A stretch of 61,739 nucleotides of DNA, the filler included, from Choristocarpus tenellus KU-1152 (Eukaryota; Protista; Phaeophyceae): NCBI GenBank assembly GCA_964200185.2. It is 6 parts of 6 records of this genome, joined end to end, with 100 filler letters (N's around TTAATTAATTAA, not from the genome) between each part and the next. Parts side by side here need not be neighbours in the genome. Positions count along the whole stretch, not along the records: positions 23,316 to 35,986 come from CAXNAD020001744.1; positions 36,087 to 40,850 come from CAXNAD020013148.1; 4 more parts are not named here. One strand, 5' to 3'. The notes beneath the pieces were generated by a model that worked only from the letters and a program-made list of their open reading frames with translations, searched no databases and was not told the DNA's origin. The translations under genes were made by a program, and so were the position numbers. Shown here one piece after another: positions 24,216-38,370 of the stretch (its first letter is position 1; every line of letters begins with the position of its first letter).

Positions 24216-25774
24216 CCCAATTTATTCTGTGAGCTTATCGTCCGTTTCGGCGCCGTTCTCTCTCGGCGAGCCCAGATGTTTCACGGCACAAACTTATGGC
24301 ACAGAAGTAGAACTTTAATCTATGATTTAGTGTGAGTTTTGTGCACAGGAGAGACTCGTTGTGTGGTATATCAGTAAACCTCGTTGTCCTGACAGAGAAA
24401 AGAAGGAAGTAGGAAGAGTGAGAATGGTGAAATGGGAAGGTTTGGTGTGAGATCTGAAATTGAGAAAACTGAATAATGTCCGGTGCGTTGTGTGTGATAA
24501 CAACAACACTACCCACTAGTATCAAAACAAAGTGTCCTTACCTCCTGTTCCCTCCATGAATTCTGCCAGTTTGAACCCCATCGATACCCAATCTTCATTT
24601 TGAGGAAAAAATGATTGACTGTCTGAAGTCCACATGGCAAACACTACGGATTGTACACTACCTACCTGTCCGTCTATCCTTTCTGTTGCTAAATTCTGTA
24701 ACAAAAAAGGCGCCATACCAAAAACATTGTGCTAAAGGTTTCATTGCAGAGCGGCGCTGAGGATGCCGTTCCAGCACAAGAGTCAGGGAACGAAGAGGAG
24801 CAGCAAGTCGTGATATGGCTGAACTCAATGCGCGAGAAGTAGGATTGAAACGGAGGAGGACATTACTGAAGAAGGCTCAGTACTACTCCAAAAGGAAAAA
24901 AATGTTCTTATTTCTTATACACCTACTAACATAACAATCCACAGTGACAATGGGCAAGGGATGGTGAATTGCCCACGCAAGAAAACAATGCCCTTTGCGA
25001 TAGTGGATTGCCCATATAGAGGCAAACCAATTGAGGAGTGGGTAGGTTTGGACCCTTCACATTCTAAGTCGTATTTTTTACCCTGTTCAATACACTCTAT
25101 TTCATTGCTTCAGGTGCACAATAGCGTACTCAAAATCGATATTCCCTCTTTCCACACACAAGGCGATTCCACATTTCAGGCAAGGCTCTTTCTGCAACAG
25201 TACCAAATGAAATCTTTTGCCCTCTCTGTCGGGATCCTTAAGAATATAACCCTGCCTACCTCTGAGGTGGTTGACTCGTAGTTTCGTTATTCCAAACTGC
25301 GTTCGCAAGTGGGAAATATGATGGAAAATATATGTATTTATATTACACATGAATACCATGGACGCCAGAGACAAAATGTGAACCAACATTTTGTCTTTTC
25401 TTCTGAGTTATCAAAAGGGACTGGTCCATACTGCAGTCTAGCATTTTTGAGAATATTCCGGCGTAGCTGGAATGTCCATCATGTATCATGCTACTCATCA
25501 TGCATGGATGGATGGATGCGTACTACTCTTGTGTGTTCCTACCTGTTCAGTAGAAACAGTAGTAGCAGTAGTAATGGTCGTGCTACCACTGCTGGAAGAG
25601 CTCGAGGTTCTGCCTTGATGTTAAAAATGCTTAGTCCAGTGCATTTGTTGTGCGTTAGCACGGAAAAAAACGAGGAACCTGGTGGTGGTACAGCCTTCGC
25701 TGGCTGTGGTTTACCTTCTGGATCTTGTTTCCTGTGTTATATTTTACTAAAACAATAATGGATCTGAACTAGTA

Positions 25775-25808
<34 letters not shown>

Positions 25809-26676
25809 GGGAAATATCTCCACATTTGCTACATAGCAAATTATGTAACGTAGTACAAACACAAGGAGAGGAAAAAAAAGTGGTACTGATTTAATCGACA
25901 GAACAGTAGCTCGACCATCCTTCAATTTATTACCAGTATTTTGTTGAGTATAGTAGCTAAAACTACTTTTGTCATCACACCATCCCGCCTACACTCAATC
26001 TTTTTCAATAATAAATAGGTGAGCTATAATCTGGGATACTTCTCGCCAAGCATAGTCGGCGACCTGCCCAAAATATCCCCCCTGACCATTGACATGTGAT
26101 ATATTACATCTTTATTTTACCAGATCTAAGCAAGTAAAATAATTGAAACACTAATAATAATAATAGTATCTTTGTTATATGCAACGGGCGAGAACAACAA
26201 GTGTCTATACCTAGAACTTACGTCACTACCTCCTACCTAAAACCTGTTTAGATGAAGTAGTAGAAACAAACAACAGATCAAAAAATCCATAGCAATCTGA
26301 ACAACACATTTGTTTGCACAAAATCATCATCATTACTATATGATTTGATTTCTGGAACAACCAACACACTGATTTTTTCGAAAAAGTTGAGTCAAACATG
26401 TATCCCTGGACAAGAATAGCAAGAAGGGCGTAAAACCAGACAAATCAGGTAAGTGATGTGAATAGTCTGGACTGGACACTGTTGAACATCATTTTACAAC
26501 GGTGGCCATTGGCCTTACAGGATGAAATGATGGAGGTAGTCTGTGGGCCAGTACAGGTAATAATGTATGACCGAAAAAATGGTAGGGCGCCTACCTGGTT
26601 AAGTTACATTTTTTGACACAGGATGATGACTCAGTCTCAGCTTGATCCGACAGAGCAAGACATTCGCAGCGTATGT

Positions 26677-27306
26677 GACCCAAAGTATCTGTGGGGAGGG
26701 GGGGGGTCTACACTGGGGTGTCCATTTATTTGGGCCATGACCAGAAAAGTGCACTTACAATTAACCAACGTATGACTGAGAGAAATGGATCAATATACGT
26801 ATCTTTTGTCATTTGTTGCTCAGAACTATCTTTCAAGTTTCACAGGACAAGAAAACTGTGCAGGAAACTGTGATGTGACGGGCCTGCAGGCTGACCCAAA
26901 TAACTCTGCGTTGACAGGGCCTATCCACGACCTGGATTGTTGCAAAGCTGTCACAATTTGTGAACGCCGCCACAGTAACAAGTAATCAGTTCATCACAAT
27001 ATTAGCTAAGATGTAACATTTATCTTGAAAACTGTAGCATCAACTCTCCAGTCCAAAATCTCTCCATACCCTGTCCTCTTCAATATCGACATGTTGAAAA
27101 CAATATGCATGCATGCATTTGATCTTGTAGGGCAAATTGGCTTATAAAGTATCTGGGGGCGTGTGAGTGTGTGTGGCAGCTGTCCATTCGAGGCCTATTT
27201 TTTCATACCACGATTTTTAGATGATTTGGTTGCATGTGTCGGATGGATGTAAGTGAACTTATCATGGTCGCGGGCTCTAATGGACACCCTGGTATAGACC
27301 CCCCCC
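26677..27306. mobile_element. Two partial MITE family A copies (26677-~26775 forward, ~27142-27306 reverse)
   Basis: Both begin with AAAGTATCTG plus a G-rich tract and share internal motifs (GGTGTCCA, AAAAGTGCACTT, GATTTGGTTGCAT). Confidence 0.65.
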
Positions 27307-28300
27307 AAAAAAAAAAATTAAAATTAAGCAACTAAGCACATTCCCTCCATGTTGTGATCACATTTCCTCCCAAGGAGATACTTTCCCTGATGTCTAAAGC
27401 TTCTTTGTTTGGGTAGTGAGAGCATATGATTTTTCTGATCATCTTCACCATCACATTGATTCGTAAGCACAATACTCTCGCATTAATTTTAATCAAAGTT
27501 TACTTGGAATTTGTTCTCATCCTACTACAACTCCGACTGCAGACATGTTCAGACCACAAACCAAGTACAGTTTCTCTCTTCTCCAACACCCCAAAAGAAC
27601 TCAAAATACATAACCAAACCTCCCAACGGCTGAGGAGAAAATACACATCATCGCCACTTGGCTGACCCTTCATGCATGTAAAAAAAAATGGACTCCTCAA
27701 AACGGACCATCCACGCCAATCAAACACTCTGGTTGTCTCAACATCACAAATCCCTATCCTCCTAAAGAGCCTACTAAACTACACCAGAAATTGAACCATC
27801 TTACCACGAATCTGACTCAGGATGCCCAATCCAGAAACACTCAACACACAGCACCACACACCAAGCAACAGATCAAGTAGACAAATAACCAGAAAATCGC
27901 AAAAATGAGATACGTATCAGACAAATAATCACACACAAAACACATAATGCTAGTCGTCACATCAAGCTACTCCTTCCTTGTTCACCCTGTCTTCTATCCA
28001 CGGCATAGATATCAGCTGGGGCCAACCAAAGTGACCTCAGCATTACAAAGTGGTACCTTGGGTTTTCTACGATATCATCCGATGCATCTTCTACATCAGT
28101 CTTTCCACAGCTGATATCGGTCTTCCCTCCCCTCCCTCTCCCTTTAATCACCCACTTCCAGTCATCTCATTGACCCCATCCTTCCCTTATGATATCATTC
28201 CACCAAATGAGATCAAATATCACCAAGGATCAATCGTAACACCTTGCTCACAACATGCTTATGTGCAGGTATCTCTGCACCAGCCGAGAGATCAAAATGT

Positions 28301-31300
28301 TTACATGGAAGTGGACTGGTAGGAGATGTCATCCCAAGGGTGGCGGTACAGGGGTTGCTTGAGGCGCTTCTGGTCCAGGTAGTGGCCAATGAATCCCACA
28401 GATCGACCGAGCACAAACATGCCGTTAAGGCATCCATTGGCAATCAGCTCATCCGCCTGACCATTGTAACAAAATGGTTAGGGTTAGGGTTAGGGTTAGG
28501 GAAAAAAAATGAAAAACATCCACCATGCCTTGGTAATCAGCAAGGCGAACATAACTCTAGACAATACACAGTCTTGGGTGACACCAATACGGGCAGTAAT
28601 TTCCGAAGAGAACGGCACCATCTATCCAGCAAGGTATCTCTGTTCAGAGGCTGTCTACTCATGCCCAATAGACCATGCATGAAGTGATTGGAATGTCTAG
28701 GGTACATTTGAATTAATCTTCCAAAGGTACAGGGGCGTTTCACAAATATTATAAACAGCAATCCTCGTCGTAGTACCAGGTAACATGTAACTTGGTAATG
28801 CCTAACTGACCTCCTCCTGTGCGAACGCTCCACATGACCTGAGTAAGTCAACAAAGCATGCTGCAATACATCCATCAACGTTGAGGATCAGGGTCTCCTT
28901 CTTCTTGGTTGTCACCTGTAGATAATACAACACAACACAAAGTACAACACACAACATAGCTAGCATTGTAAAAGAAAAAAATGGAGCTCCCCACATCACT
29001 CACACCTTTGACACAGTGAGTTGATGCAAAGTAAATGAGAAGGGGTCCCAACGTTTACCTCGCAACAGGATAGTGTTAGTCCATTTACAGGTGGAGATAC
29101 CTCAGAAAAATCCTTTCATTGAACATAGATCATCATAGGTACAATGTACACAATTTTCACACAGCACCTAGCCCCTTACAAAGACACCTTGGATGTATCC
29201 GCCACTAAAATAAAATACCTTCACAATGGGCGCCTGCTTGCTACTCATTCACTTCTAACTCTAGAAATAGCAGCAGCAGAGAACATAGCTTCAACCATAC
29301 CAACCCTAACCCTAACCCATCCTCAAACACAAACATTACTACTACTACTACTACCAATAGTGTGACTCAAGTACAACACAAAAACACTTAGGAGAAAATG
29401 TGTTCTATCAAGCTTAGCTATAGCATCAAACCGCCTTGAGTATCACATTTTTGACTTAATAAATCACCTGCTCGACAGACAAGGCAAAGTTCAAGACAGC
29501 ATTGTTCTTGAAGTGTTTGAGGGCGTACTCCTTGATGATGTTCACACGCATGTCCGGGTTGGTGAGAGACTTGATGCGGTGTCCAATACCCATGATGAGC
29601 TTGTTCTGCTGCCTCATTCTCTTCACAAATTCTGCTGCATCTGCCCCCTCATCTGCCCCCTACATACACACACACACAAAACATGAACATTTTATCACGA
29701 AATGTGTTAGTTTTTACCTCAACAGAGGAAAAGATGCATATTGGAGTGCTTCACAGTGTTTCGGATACATGATTGTCACCAAAACACTAGATAACTGTAG
29801 ACAGATGATCCGTTCTCCATCACGTCACTGATGATAGAGGTAATGATTTAATTGAAACAATACATATTTCTTCCTTCTATCAAGGAGCATCAAAGTGTTT
29901 GATAATTCAATGTTTATGGTCTTAGTGAAAGAGAGCAACATATGTCCTTCTACATCAACACTTCACCCTTCACCTTGAAAACGATAACTCTTTCAAACCT
30001 CAAACCTTCTCTCCTTATCCCACACTTCAACAACAGCAGAGACTATCCCAGTAAAACACCATCCTTCACATAACTGCATCAAACACCTTCCTCCCATGCA
30101 CTAACAATAGACTATCAATTCAAAAAATGAACCAAACAAATACATCACTCTTGGTCCGTGATGTACCTGAGTGAACATCTCTGCAGCCTTGTCCAGTGCA
30201 CCCCCAAATCGAGGACCAATAGTCAGCAGTCCAGAGCAGAGAGCAGAGACCAAGTCCTTCCCTGCCCTTGCTGTGACAATGGTGTTGTGGGCCCCAGACA
30301 CAGCAGGGCCATGGTCAGCTGTGACCTATGAAAAATATTCCATGACAAAAAAAAGGTACAGAGTGGATCGAGCACAAATTTTGTCAGTTCAACTCTGTGC
30401 AATGAATGTTCTGGGGTGACGAGAAGGGACAGGCATCACTGTCGATGAGAGCAATGGACACATTCACATTCAAACTGTACCTGTTCACCAGATGTAACTC
30501 CCACGTAAGAGCTAAATTCATTTCGAAGCATGGCAGGGGGTTTGGTTTATCTTTCCACTGTGAAAACTTGATGCATTCACTCAATCGTACTATATCAACT
30601 GTGATACACTCTACAAATAGAGCTATACTACACAAATACACAAAAATAATATAGTACACAGAAGGTACATACATACACACACAAAACTTCGAAAAAAAAC
30701 CAAAAAGATCACCGAGAGACTTAAAGAATAGTCTCGGTAAGATTAAATATGATCTAGAAATTATTGAGGATTTAAAATAATAATTAAAAAGAGATTGGAG
30801 GTTTTTGATTATGAATAAATTGGATTTTATAGAATATTCTGCCAGAAGATACGGTATTGATTTCTCTACAGCTGAAACTTTCATTGATATGTTTGCAGGT
30901 TGCTGAAGCTAACACATCAGTCATGACACTACAAAATAAGTTCACAGTTCAAATCAATACGATGTAAGTTTGTGAGTTGTCACATATACCAAGACCACGA
31001 TTCCATCAAATATGAACTTCAACGTACTGTGACACCTAACTCCAACGCAGTTACAATTATCACAATCATCTCGTCTTCTCACCATAAGGATCATCTCAAT
31101 GAACTTTGTTGCATAGTCAGGAAGGCGTCGCCTGAACCACAGCAGTGACAACACCCCACCCACACCAATGTCGGCCTCAAAGACCTCACTGATGGGCATC
31201 CCAGCATAACTGCAAAATTTGGACAAACCACCCCCATCATACAGTCATCAACAGTGACCCAGAGGCAGGGGGAAGCATCAACCAAATCAAAATGTCAGTT

Positions 31301-34300
31301 CTCATCATGATCCCTCTCAAGAATCCTGATAGAGCATCAAAACAGAAAATCTCTAGTCTGGTGAACACTGTTTGACACCTGTTGAATTACATCACTGCTA
31401 CATATCAGTCAACTATCAACTCCTGCAAAGGAAATTTCATTGGAATTTAGTTTGTCCAATACAACACTATCAACAAGAATCACAACACACTATCAACAAG
31501 AATCACAACACACTATCAACAAAAATCGCCACACACTCTACCACTTTGACTCTGCTACATTGAAGATTAGAGATCAATCTGAAGCAACAGCACATCCTAC
31601 TCCACAGTAACCACATGGCAAGCACACACCAATGCAACAAAGCACAATAAAAAAAGGTCTTCCCTCATGACTGAATCTGTTGAAGCAACAGCAAATGCAC
31701 TCAATAATCAATCAAGTGGAATAACCCTAACCCTAAGTTCACCTGAGTTCATCCCCACGGTCATCCGAGATGGATGAGATGAAGTTGGCAGGCTTGCGAA
31801 CAAGACCAAGGCGCTTGGCCCAGGTGTAGTCCATTGGCACCTTAGGCACTTCAGGCTCTGGTGCAGTCACCACTACACCAGACTTGATGAGGCTTTTGAC
31901 AGTTTAACCAGAGCACACAAGGGTTAGTAGTGGTGTTCGAGTTGTAAGGTACAGTTAGTTCCACAACATGCCTTGGGTTAGGGTTAGGGTGGGAGGATGC
32001 ACCATTTCCAGAGTGTTTCCACTCACTCTGTCAACCACATACTTCACACTCAATGAGCCTTAAATATGAATATCGCATCACATCACATCGCATCACATTA
32101 CATCACATCACTGTCTTCCACAACCCGACCCATCGAAGCATAGTGCCTTCAACAGCAAATTCAACAAGACATCACCCCCATGCCTCACACAACAGCAAAT
32201 TGAAACTATAGTGTCCAAGAGCACTCCTCTCAGCCCACCAAGCGCAAAGTAATGTCATCCCATCATGTCCATCAACATCATGTTCATCTACAAACAAGTA
32301 ATCTCATCTACACCACGTTCATCTAAAAAGGACCCAACCAAAAACATGAACCAGATGGAAGTGTTGAGCATTAACCTATATACCGAACACACTTTCAATA
32401 GTCTTCCTACCCTTCAAAGACAGCCTTGATCCTAGCAGGGAAGTCGTCAAATGATTCAGGAACAACTGCACCCGCCGCTTCCAGGGCTGTGTTCTTATCT
32501 GCTGCGGTCTCTCCCTGCCCCCTAGCGCATGCACCAGCATGACCAAATTGAACCTGTCATAGTGGTGTCATTCACGAGGCAACCCAAGCAAGTCATTAAC
32601 AAGTCATTAGCAGTGACTAGCGGGTGCACAAATTGAAAAGATCAACAGCAACTAACACATGATACATTCATGACAGATGATACCACAATCTGAACCACTA
32701 TATTCTTTAATCGGCGAGTTGTAGACTACTCCATCTAAAGACTATTTCATCCACACCCCCCCCCCCCCCCCCCCGCAAGATACTTTGACCCTAAAATCCA
32801 AGGCATCTAAACACTATTCCATCTCAAGACTATTTCGTCTAAACCCTTTTTCAAAATACTGATAATACTAGACCTAACCTCGAAGGGGAAGATGGAGGCA
32901 CAGGTACCGATGCACCAGGCCACAAGGGGCTTGGTAATACGTCCACTCTTCATGGCATCACACACATCATACTCATCCACGCCTCCAACCTCACCCAGCA
33001 AAACCAACATCTGCTCAAAAAAAAAGGTGGTAGGGTAGTTAGAAGAGCAAGGATATCAGTACTATGAACTAAACAGTGTAAACAGTGCCAATATTACATA
33101 GCTACATAGAAACATGGATATATATATATAAATATTGAAAACTCAGAGATTAGGCAGAGCAAACCGTGAGTCCTGACACCTGGGTAGGCATTAACCCTGC
33201 AGCAAAAGCCAGAAGATAGTCTTCCTTGATAGATTGGGCAATAGACTAAACAATGTATCTCTTACAGTTACTATTTTTTACACAGAATACATCAGACACA
33301 ACAAAAACACCCAGCTCTTTTTCGGATTCATTGGAGAGTTAACCCTATTGGATCACCAGGTACTGATTACCCTAACCCTAAGTAGAAAGCAATACAAGAA
33401 AAAAACACCCATCCCAGACAAAAAAAAAACCCTTCACTTCTCAAAACAGTCCATCTACAGAAGAAATGAATTATACAACAAAAAAGTTAAAAATGTTCAC
33501 TCAAATATTCTCGCAGCCAATTGCCTTCTCAACGGGGGATTGTTCCACCACACCTTGATATTGGGATTGTCCTGGTACCTCAAGAGGTGATCAATGAACC
33601 GGGTACCAGGGTAACGGTCTCCACCAATGGCAACACCTTCATACACTCCGTCAGAGTTCCGAGCAATGATGTTATTGAGTTCGTTGGACATGCCCCCGCT
33701 CTTGGACACATACGCTACCGTACCTGGCCGATAGAGCTTACAGACAACAATAATCACACACAATCACACGATAATCATGACAATTAGACACCTAATCAAA
33801 GATCATAAAAATCAGGCAAAAATCATGACAATCGGAAACAATCAACAACTGTGATGGCAGCATTGGAGACAAATATTGAAGGTGTGTTGTACACAGGTGC
33901 AGGCACGTAACCCACATCACTAACCCTAACCCTAACCCACATCATTGTTACTCTGCACCAGCTCTAGAACCAAGTAGAGCAGTTGGGATATGCACCAATT
34001 GATAGGTGTACCTTGAGAGCAAAACACAGGTCAATTACTTAGAGAGAGACACACTGACTGTCCTAAAACCAGGTATTGAAATATTCTATGTCAAGTCAGG
34101 TCAGTCACAATTAGTTATTATTTACTCCAGAAAACTCCCCAGCACAAAAGAACCTCTGTTACTACAAATTTAGACGAGTCAACCCTAACCCTATTCCCAA
34201 AAGCAATAACATCAATCGACATGAAATCTTATTCAAACACAACAATGGCAATATAATAGCAACCCACACAAACCTTACCAACCCAAAGTCACTGAGCCAC

Positions 34301-35598
34301 AAGGCGATCATCAATATGCATGTAACTGCCATCATCAATCAATATCAAATCATTCTCTTAACAGAAGAACATAGAATATGTCATCACTAGTTGAAGTAGT
34401 TAACCTGCAGTATGTACCTTGGACATGACGATGTTGTCCAGCATACCTCCTGTATTTCCGATACGCATGCATCCTGGTTTGATTCCACCAACTGTAGCAG
34501 GACCAATCAGGCCAACCTGCACCCCAAAAAAAAGTGAGAAACATCTGTTACATGACCTATGGAACATGCACTCTAGTAGTCACACTATGTTCACGTGGAA
34601 TATTGAATACACTGACTCCAACTAATACAATCGTAGTCACAAAGGGTATCACTGGTCATTGGTAGTGGTAAAGCTCTTCAAGGACATACATACATAATAC
34701 AAACATTTACTACGCAAGACATGCAGCACTTCCATAGTCCAAATTCCAACCAAAACTCAAATTTAAATCATTCTAACCTGTGCAACCTTTGCATGAAGAA
34801 TTCCTTTCCAAACTTTTATCTACCTGACTGAACAGTCTCCTACTTCCATCTACTCCCCAACAAACATCCCAACTCAAGCGATGCCCCTCAACCGAACCCT
34901 AACCCTCTACAAATTATTGGTCAACCATAACCCTCTACAAATTATCAATCAATTATAACCCTAACCCTCCATACGTGACATGCCTGAACAAAATAAAAAC
35001 TAAAGCCAAAGCCAATTTCAAACCCTACACACTCTCACTATCACAGCCTTGGTCCGATTTTGTCAGCAATAAATAAAATAAAATAAAATAAATAAAAAAT
35101 ACTGCAATAAATAAAGTGCGAGGCAATGAGTCTTCACCCTCCTGACAATTAACAAATCAAGCTGTAGAAATCACACAGATATATAGGCACTGGATCAGAC
35201 TCACAAGCAAAGCAATCAGTTTATTTTTGTTGGGGACAGAACAAAACTTCCATCACTGTTGAGATCAGTCAGAGGACCTCCTTACCTAATCCTAACCCTA
35301 ATCCTAACCCCAACCCTCTATCTCCAAATCACAGCAGACACAAAAAATATATTAAAAAAATGATCATCACATCACACACCTTCTTCTCATCAGCAGCCTT
35401 GACAATCATTCGGGTCTGACTCTCCGGCACTCCCTCTGCAATGATGGCAACGGTCTTTATGGTGTCTGAGAAGTTGAGGGTGTCCATTGTTGTTTCGTAC
35501 ACAGACCGAAAGGAGGAGAAGTTCACCATAACGGATACATCCGGGTGGCGACGAACCGCCTCCTCAATAGACGTATAAACCGGGACAAGGGTCTCCGC
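28301..35598 (-). CDS. ACLY: ATP-citrate lyase, C-terminal ~554 aa. Exons 35598-35380, 34516-34418, 33736-33554, 33010-32879, 32553-32411, 31892-31743, 31209-31083, 30325-30167, 29659-29468, 28915-28811, 28456-28301
   Basis: All exons are GT-AG and phase-consistent. Motifs include [42 protein letters not shown], the phospho-His loop [34 protein letters not shown] and [11 protein letters not shown]. Stop TAA at 28303-28301. The 5' exons are lost at the linker at 35987. Confidence 0.97.
28477..28501 (+). repeat. Interstitial (TTAGGG)n. Similar short runs at ~29303, 31725, 31975, 33922, 35285, 46267, 47524, 47675 and 54368
   Basis: GGTTAGGGTTAGGGTTAGGGTTAGGG is seen directly. The other runs are (CCCTAA)2-4 or the complement. 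Confidence 0.85.
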
Positions 35599-35701
35599 CT
35601 AGGGTATCGCAGTGTGAGGAGGGAAAAAATAAGAATATGAAAATAAAAAACAAAAGTGGTAGACTCTCACTCTCTCACTCTCAAATTATGTGCATAAGAA
35701 T

Positions 35702-35727
35702 GACTAAAGTATCTGGGAGGGGGGAGG

Positions 35728-35781
<54 letters not shown>

Positions 35782-35930
35782 CTCTTTATTCAGGGCACAT
35801 TTTTTTATGTTACGATTTTCGGGTGGTTTGATTTGAGTACATATACATTGGATTGATAACATGAGAGCATTTTTCCTGGTCAGTGCCGAAATGGACACCT
35901 TGGTATAGGCCTTCCCCCCCCCCCCCCCGA
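35702..35930. mobile_element. MITE family A copy (reverse) with expanded poly-G
   Basis: GACTAAAGTATCTGGG, a long G run to ~35778, then the family A internal sequence and a C run. Confidence 0.75.
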
Positions 35931-36330
35931 AAATTTTAAACCAACTAAAACTCCAAAACTGGAATGTATTAAATAAATTAAACAAANNNNNNNNNNNNNN
36001 NNNNNNNNNNNNNNNNNNNNNNNNNNNNNNTTAATTAATTAANNNNNNNNNNNNNNNNNNNNNNNNNNNNNNNNNNNNNNNNNNNNAGATCCAGGTGCTG
36101 GATCAGAACTACAACCAAACTGGGAAGAAGTTCGTTTGCCATAGAGGCACCATCAAGATGAAGGTGTTACCACTGCTGAGATCAGCTTAAGGATTTAAAA
36201 GATTTGGAGTTGTTTCTGCAAGTGTACAGTGAGTGCTCTATGGCAGAACGTTGGGTGCATGAGTCTAATTACTTGAGGTTCTGGTCTATGGTTGCATGGC
36301 GTTGACACTCCACCAAGCCCACTGCATATA

Positions 36331-36855
36331 CTCCCTCTTTCCCGTAAGTTTGTTCGTTTATGCATGTACCTCCTCGGGATGACCTCCAAGTTCAAAACAG
36401 GTTTTTGCGTTGGATTCCTCGGAATATTTTACGTAAGATGAGTTATATTTGATGAAATATGTCCCGATCTGGACTGTGTTGAAACATAGGCTACTAATCT
36501 TTTGTGTTGTTGATATTATTCTCCCTCTGTCCCATAAGTCTGTTTCCTTATGCACGTAACTCTTCGGGATGACCTCTGATTTCAAAACGGATTTTTGCAA
36601 TGGGTTCCTTGACATTTTTTACATTAGGACATCTTTCTTCGCGTTCACTCAACACCGTCGATATACCAATTCAGTGCCTTCTTGTGGGCCTATGCCTGCC
36701 TAACCTCTGTTCCATATTTTCAGAACAATTTAGGGATATAGTTTTTCAAATATAACTCATCTTAAAATTTTCTGAGAAATCCAACACAAAATTTGAAATC
36801 GGAGGTCATCCCGAAGAAGTACATGCATAAAGGAACAGACTTACGGGACAGAGAG
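36331..36855. mobile_element. Stowaway-like MITE with long TIRs and TA target duplication
   Basis: Termini TA|CTCCCTCTTTCCCGTAAG...CTTACGGGACAGAGAG|TA. The inverted arms extend over 100 bp, and an extra left arm CTCCCTCTGTCCCATAAG starts at 36521. Confidence 0.8.
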
Positions 36856-38370
36856 TAGCGCTGCTCCCATTAACATGCTAAGTTCCTCCTACGTTGCATC
36901 GGATTTTGCAGACGGGAATGCTCCAACCACACACCATCCTACGAAGATGCCCTTGCTTCGAAGACTGTGAACCCCAGAAAATGTGAAGGGATCAAATTGC
37001 GGGTCGACCCAGCCAAGTGCTGGTCAAGTGTAAGGCCCTGAAGAATTGGTGGGTGTGACCGAAAGACGAACCTGGATAAGTTTGAGATAATAATGGCCGA
37101 GGGATGGAGCAACCAACATGGGTGGTACGAGCACATGAGATTAGTGGCACAACAAGCTCCATAATAATAGAGTGGCGCTTGAAGGAGGCTGTATCACTTG
37201 ATGAGGTAGTTCATTCTAAAGCCGTAACTGAGGCAGCCCAAGCAGATAGCACATCAGCACATGCCCACACTCAACTCTCTCTGCTGAATGCCAATTTCAT
37301 TATCCTTTCTCTCTTTGGGCTGATCATTCGCATATCCCTCTTTCTTTCCCTTTCCTTTCTTCCCGTTATGTGACAAGTGATGAGTATCTCGTCAAATGTG
37401 TTGGTGAATGGGAGACGTGAATAGAGAGGTACAACATATTTCATTAAGAGGTACAACACTCCAATTTCGTAGTTTTTCTCAATTGCATATATTTTTAAAG
37501 GGTTATTATGTTACTGAAGTTTAAAATTTGTACCACCAAGAACGAAAATTGTGCTCAAGTTGGTGGGTCGATAAAATATGTGTTGTTGGCTCGGTAGAAT
37601 AAGAATCCGTAGACCACCCGTAATATTCACCCGAGAATCATGTACATGTATACCAAAAACAAGAGTGTGTTGTGCTGATTCGACACAATATAGTTCCGGA
37701 GACCTATTCATCCGAAGGTGAGAGGGACAGAAACGTGTTTTTCCTTCTACTTGTTCCAAGGCAACTACCCTGTAGCACACAGTCGCGCTTCCCACTTTTG
37801 TAAAGATATAGTGTGCAACAAAAGCTCTGTCAGTTGTTTTACACGAAGGCTCTCCATTGTTTTGCACCCCTACTCGGTGTTAGGTTTATACCCCCTTGAG
37901 ATGGAATCCAGTGCTCTTTTTCAGCTCCGAATTCTTTGCATTCTGAGCATCGTTCAAGCTCCTTTTTGTTTTGTTCCATTTTTCTTGCTACACTGAGGCA
38001 GAAATCTCTATTCTCTTTGGCCCTATGTGGGTTGCAGTCCCATAGCAGCAAAGGTTTCTGGCAAATGCTCCTGTAAATGTTTCTTGTCTGAGCAGACAGG
38101 TATCGTTATGATAGATTGTGTCACATGGCCTCACCCCTGCTATTTCCAGAAGACCGTTTCATGACACATATGCCTTCAAATTCACCTTGCACAGGGTGCT
38201 ATGGCTCACTGTACTGTAGTACTACCCTCTCCCATCACTCTAAGCGCCAAGAGCCTTCAAGAATATTAACAAAGTTTCATGACTGATGCTTGTAGTATTT
38301 TCAGTTTCTAGTTCTCTGTTTTTACTCCCTACTAAATCCCCACTTCCTTCACCTTATGACACCAACTCAA

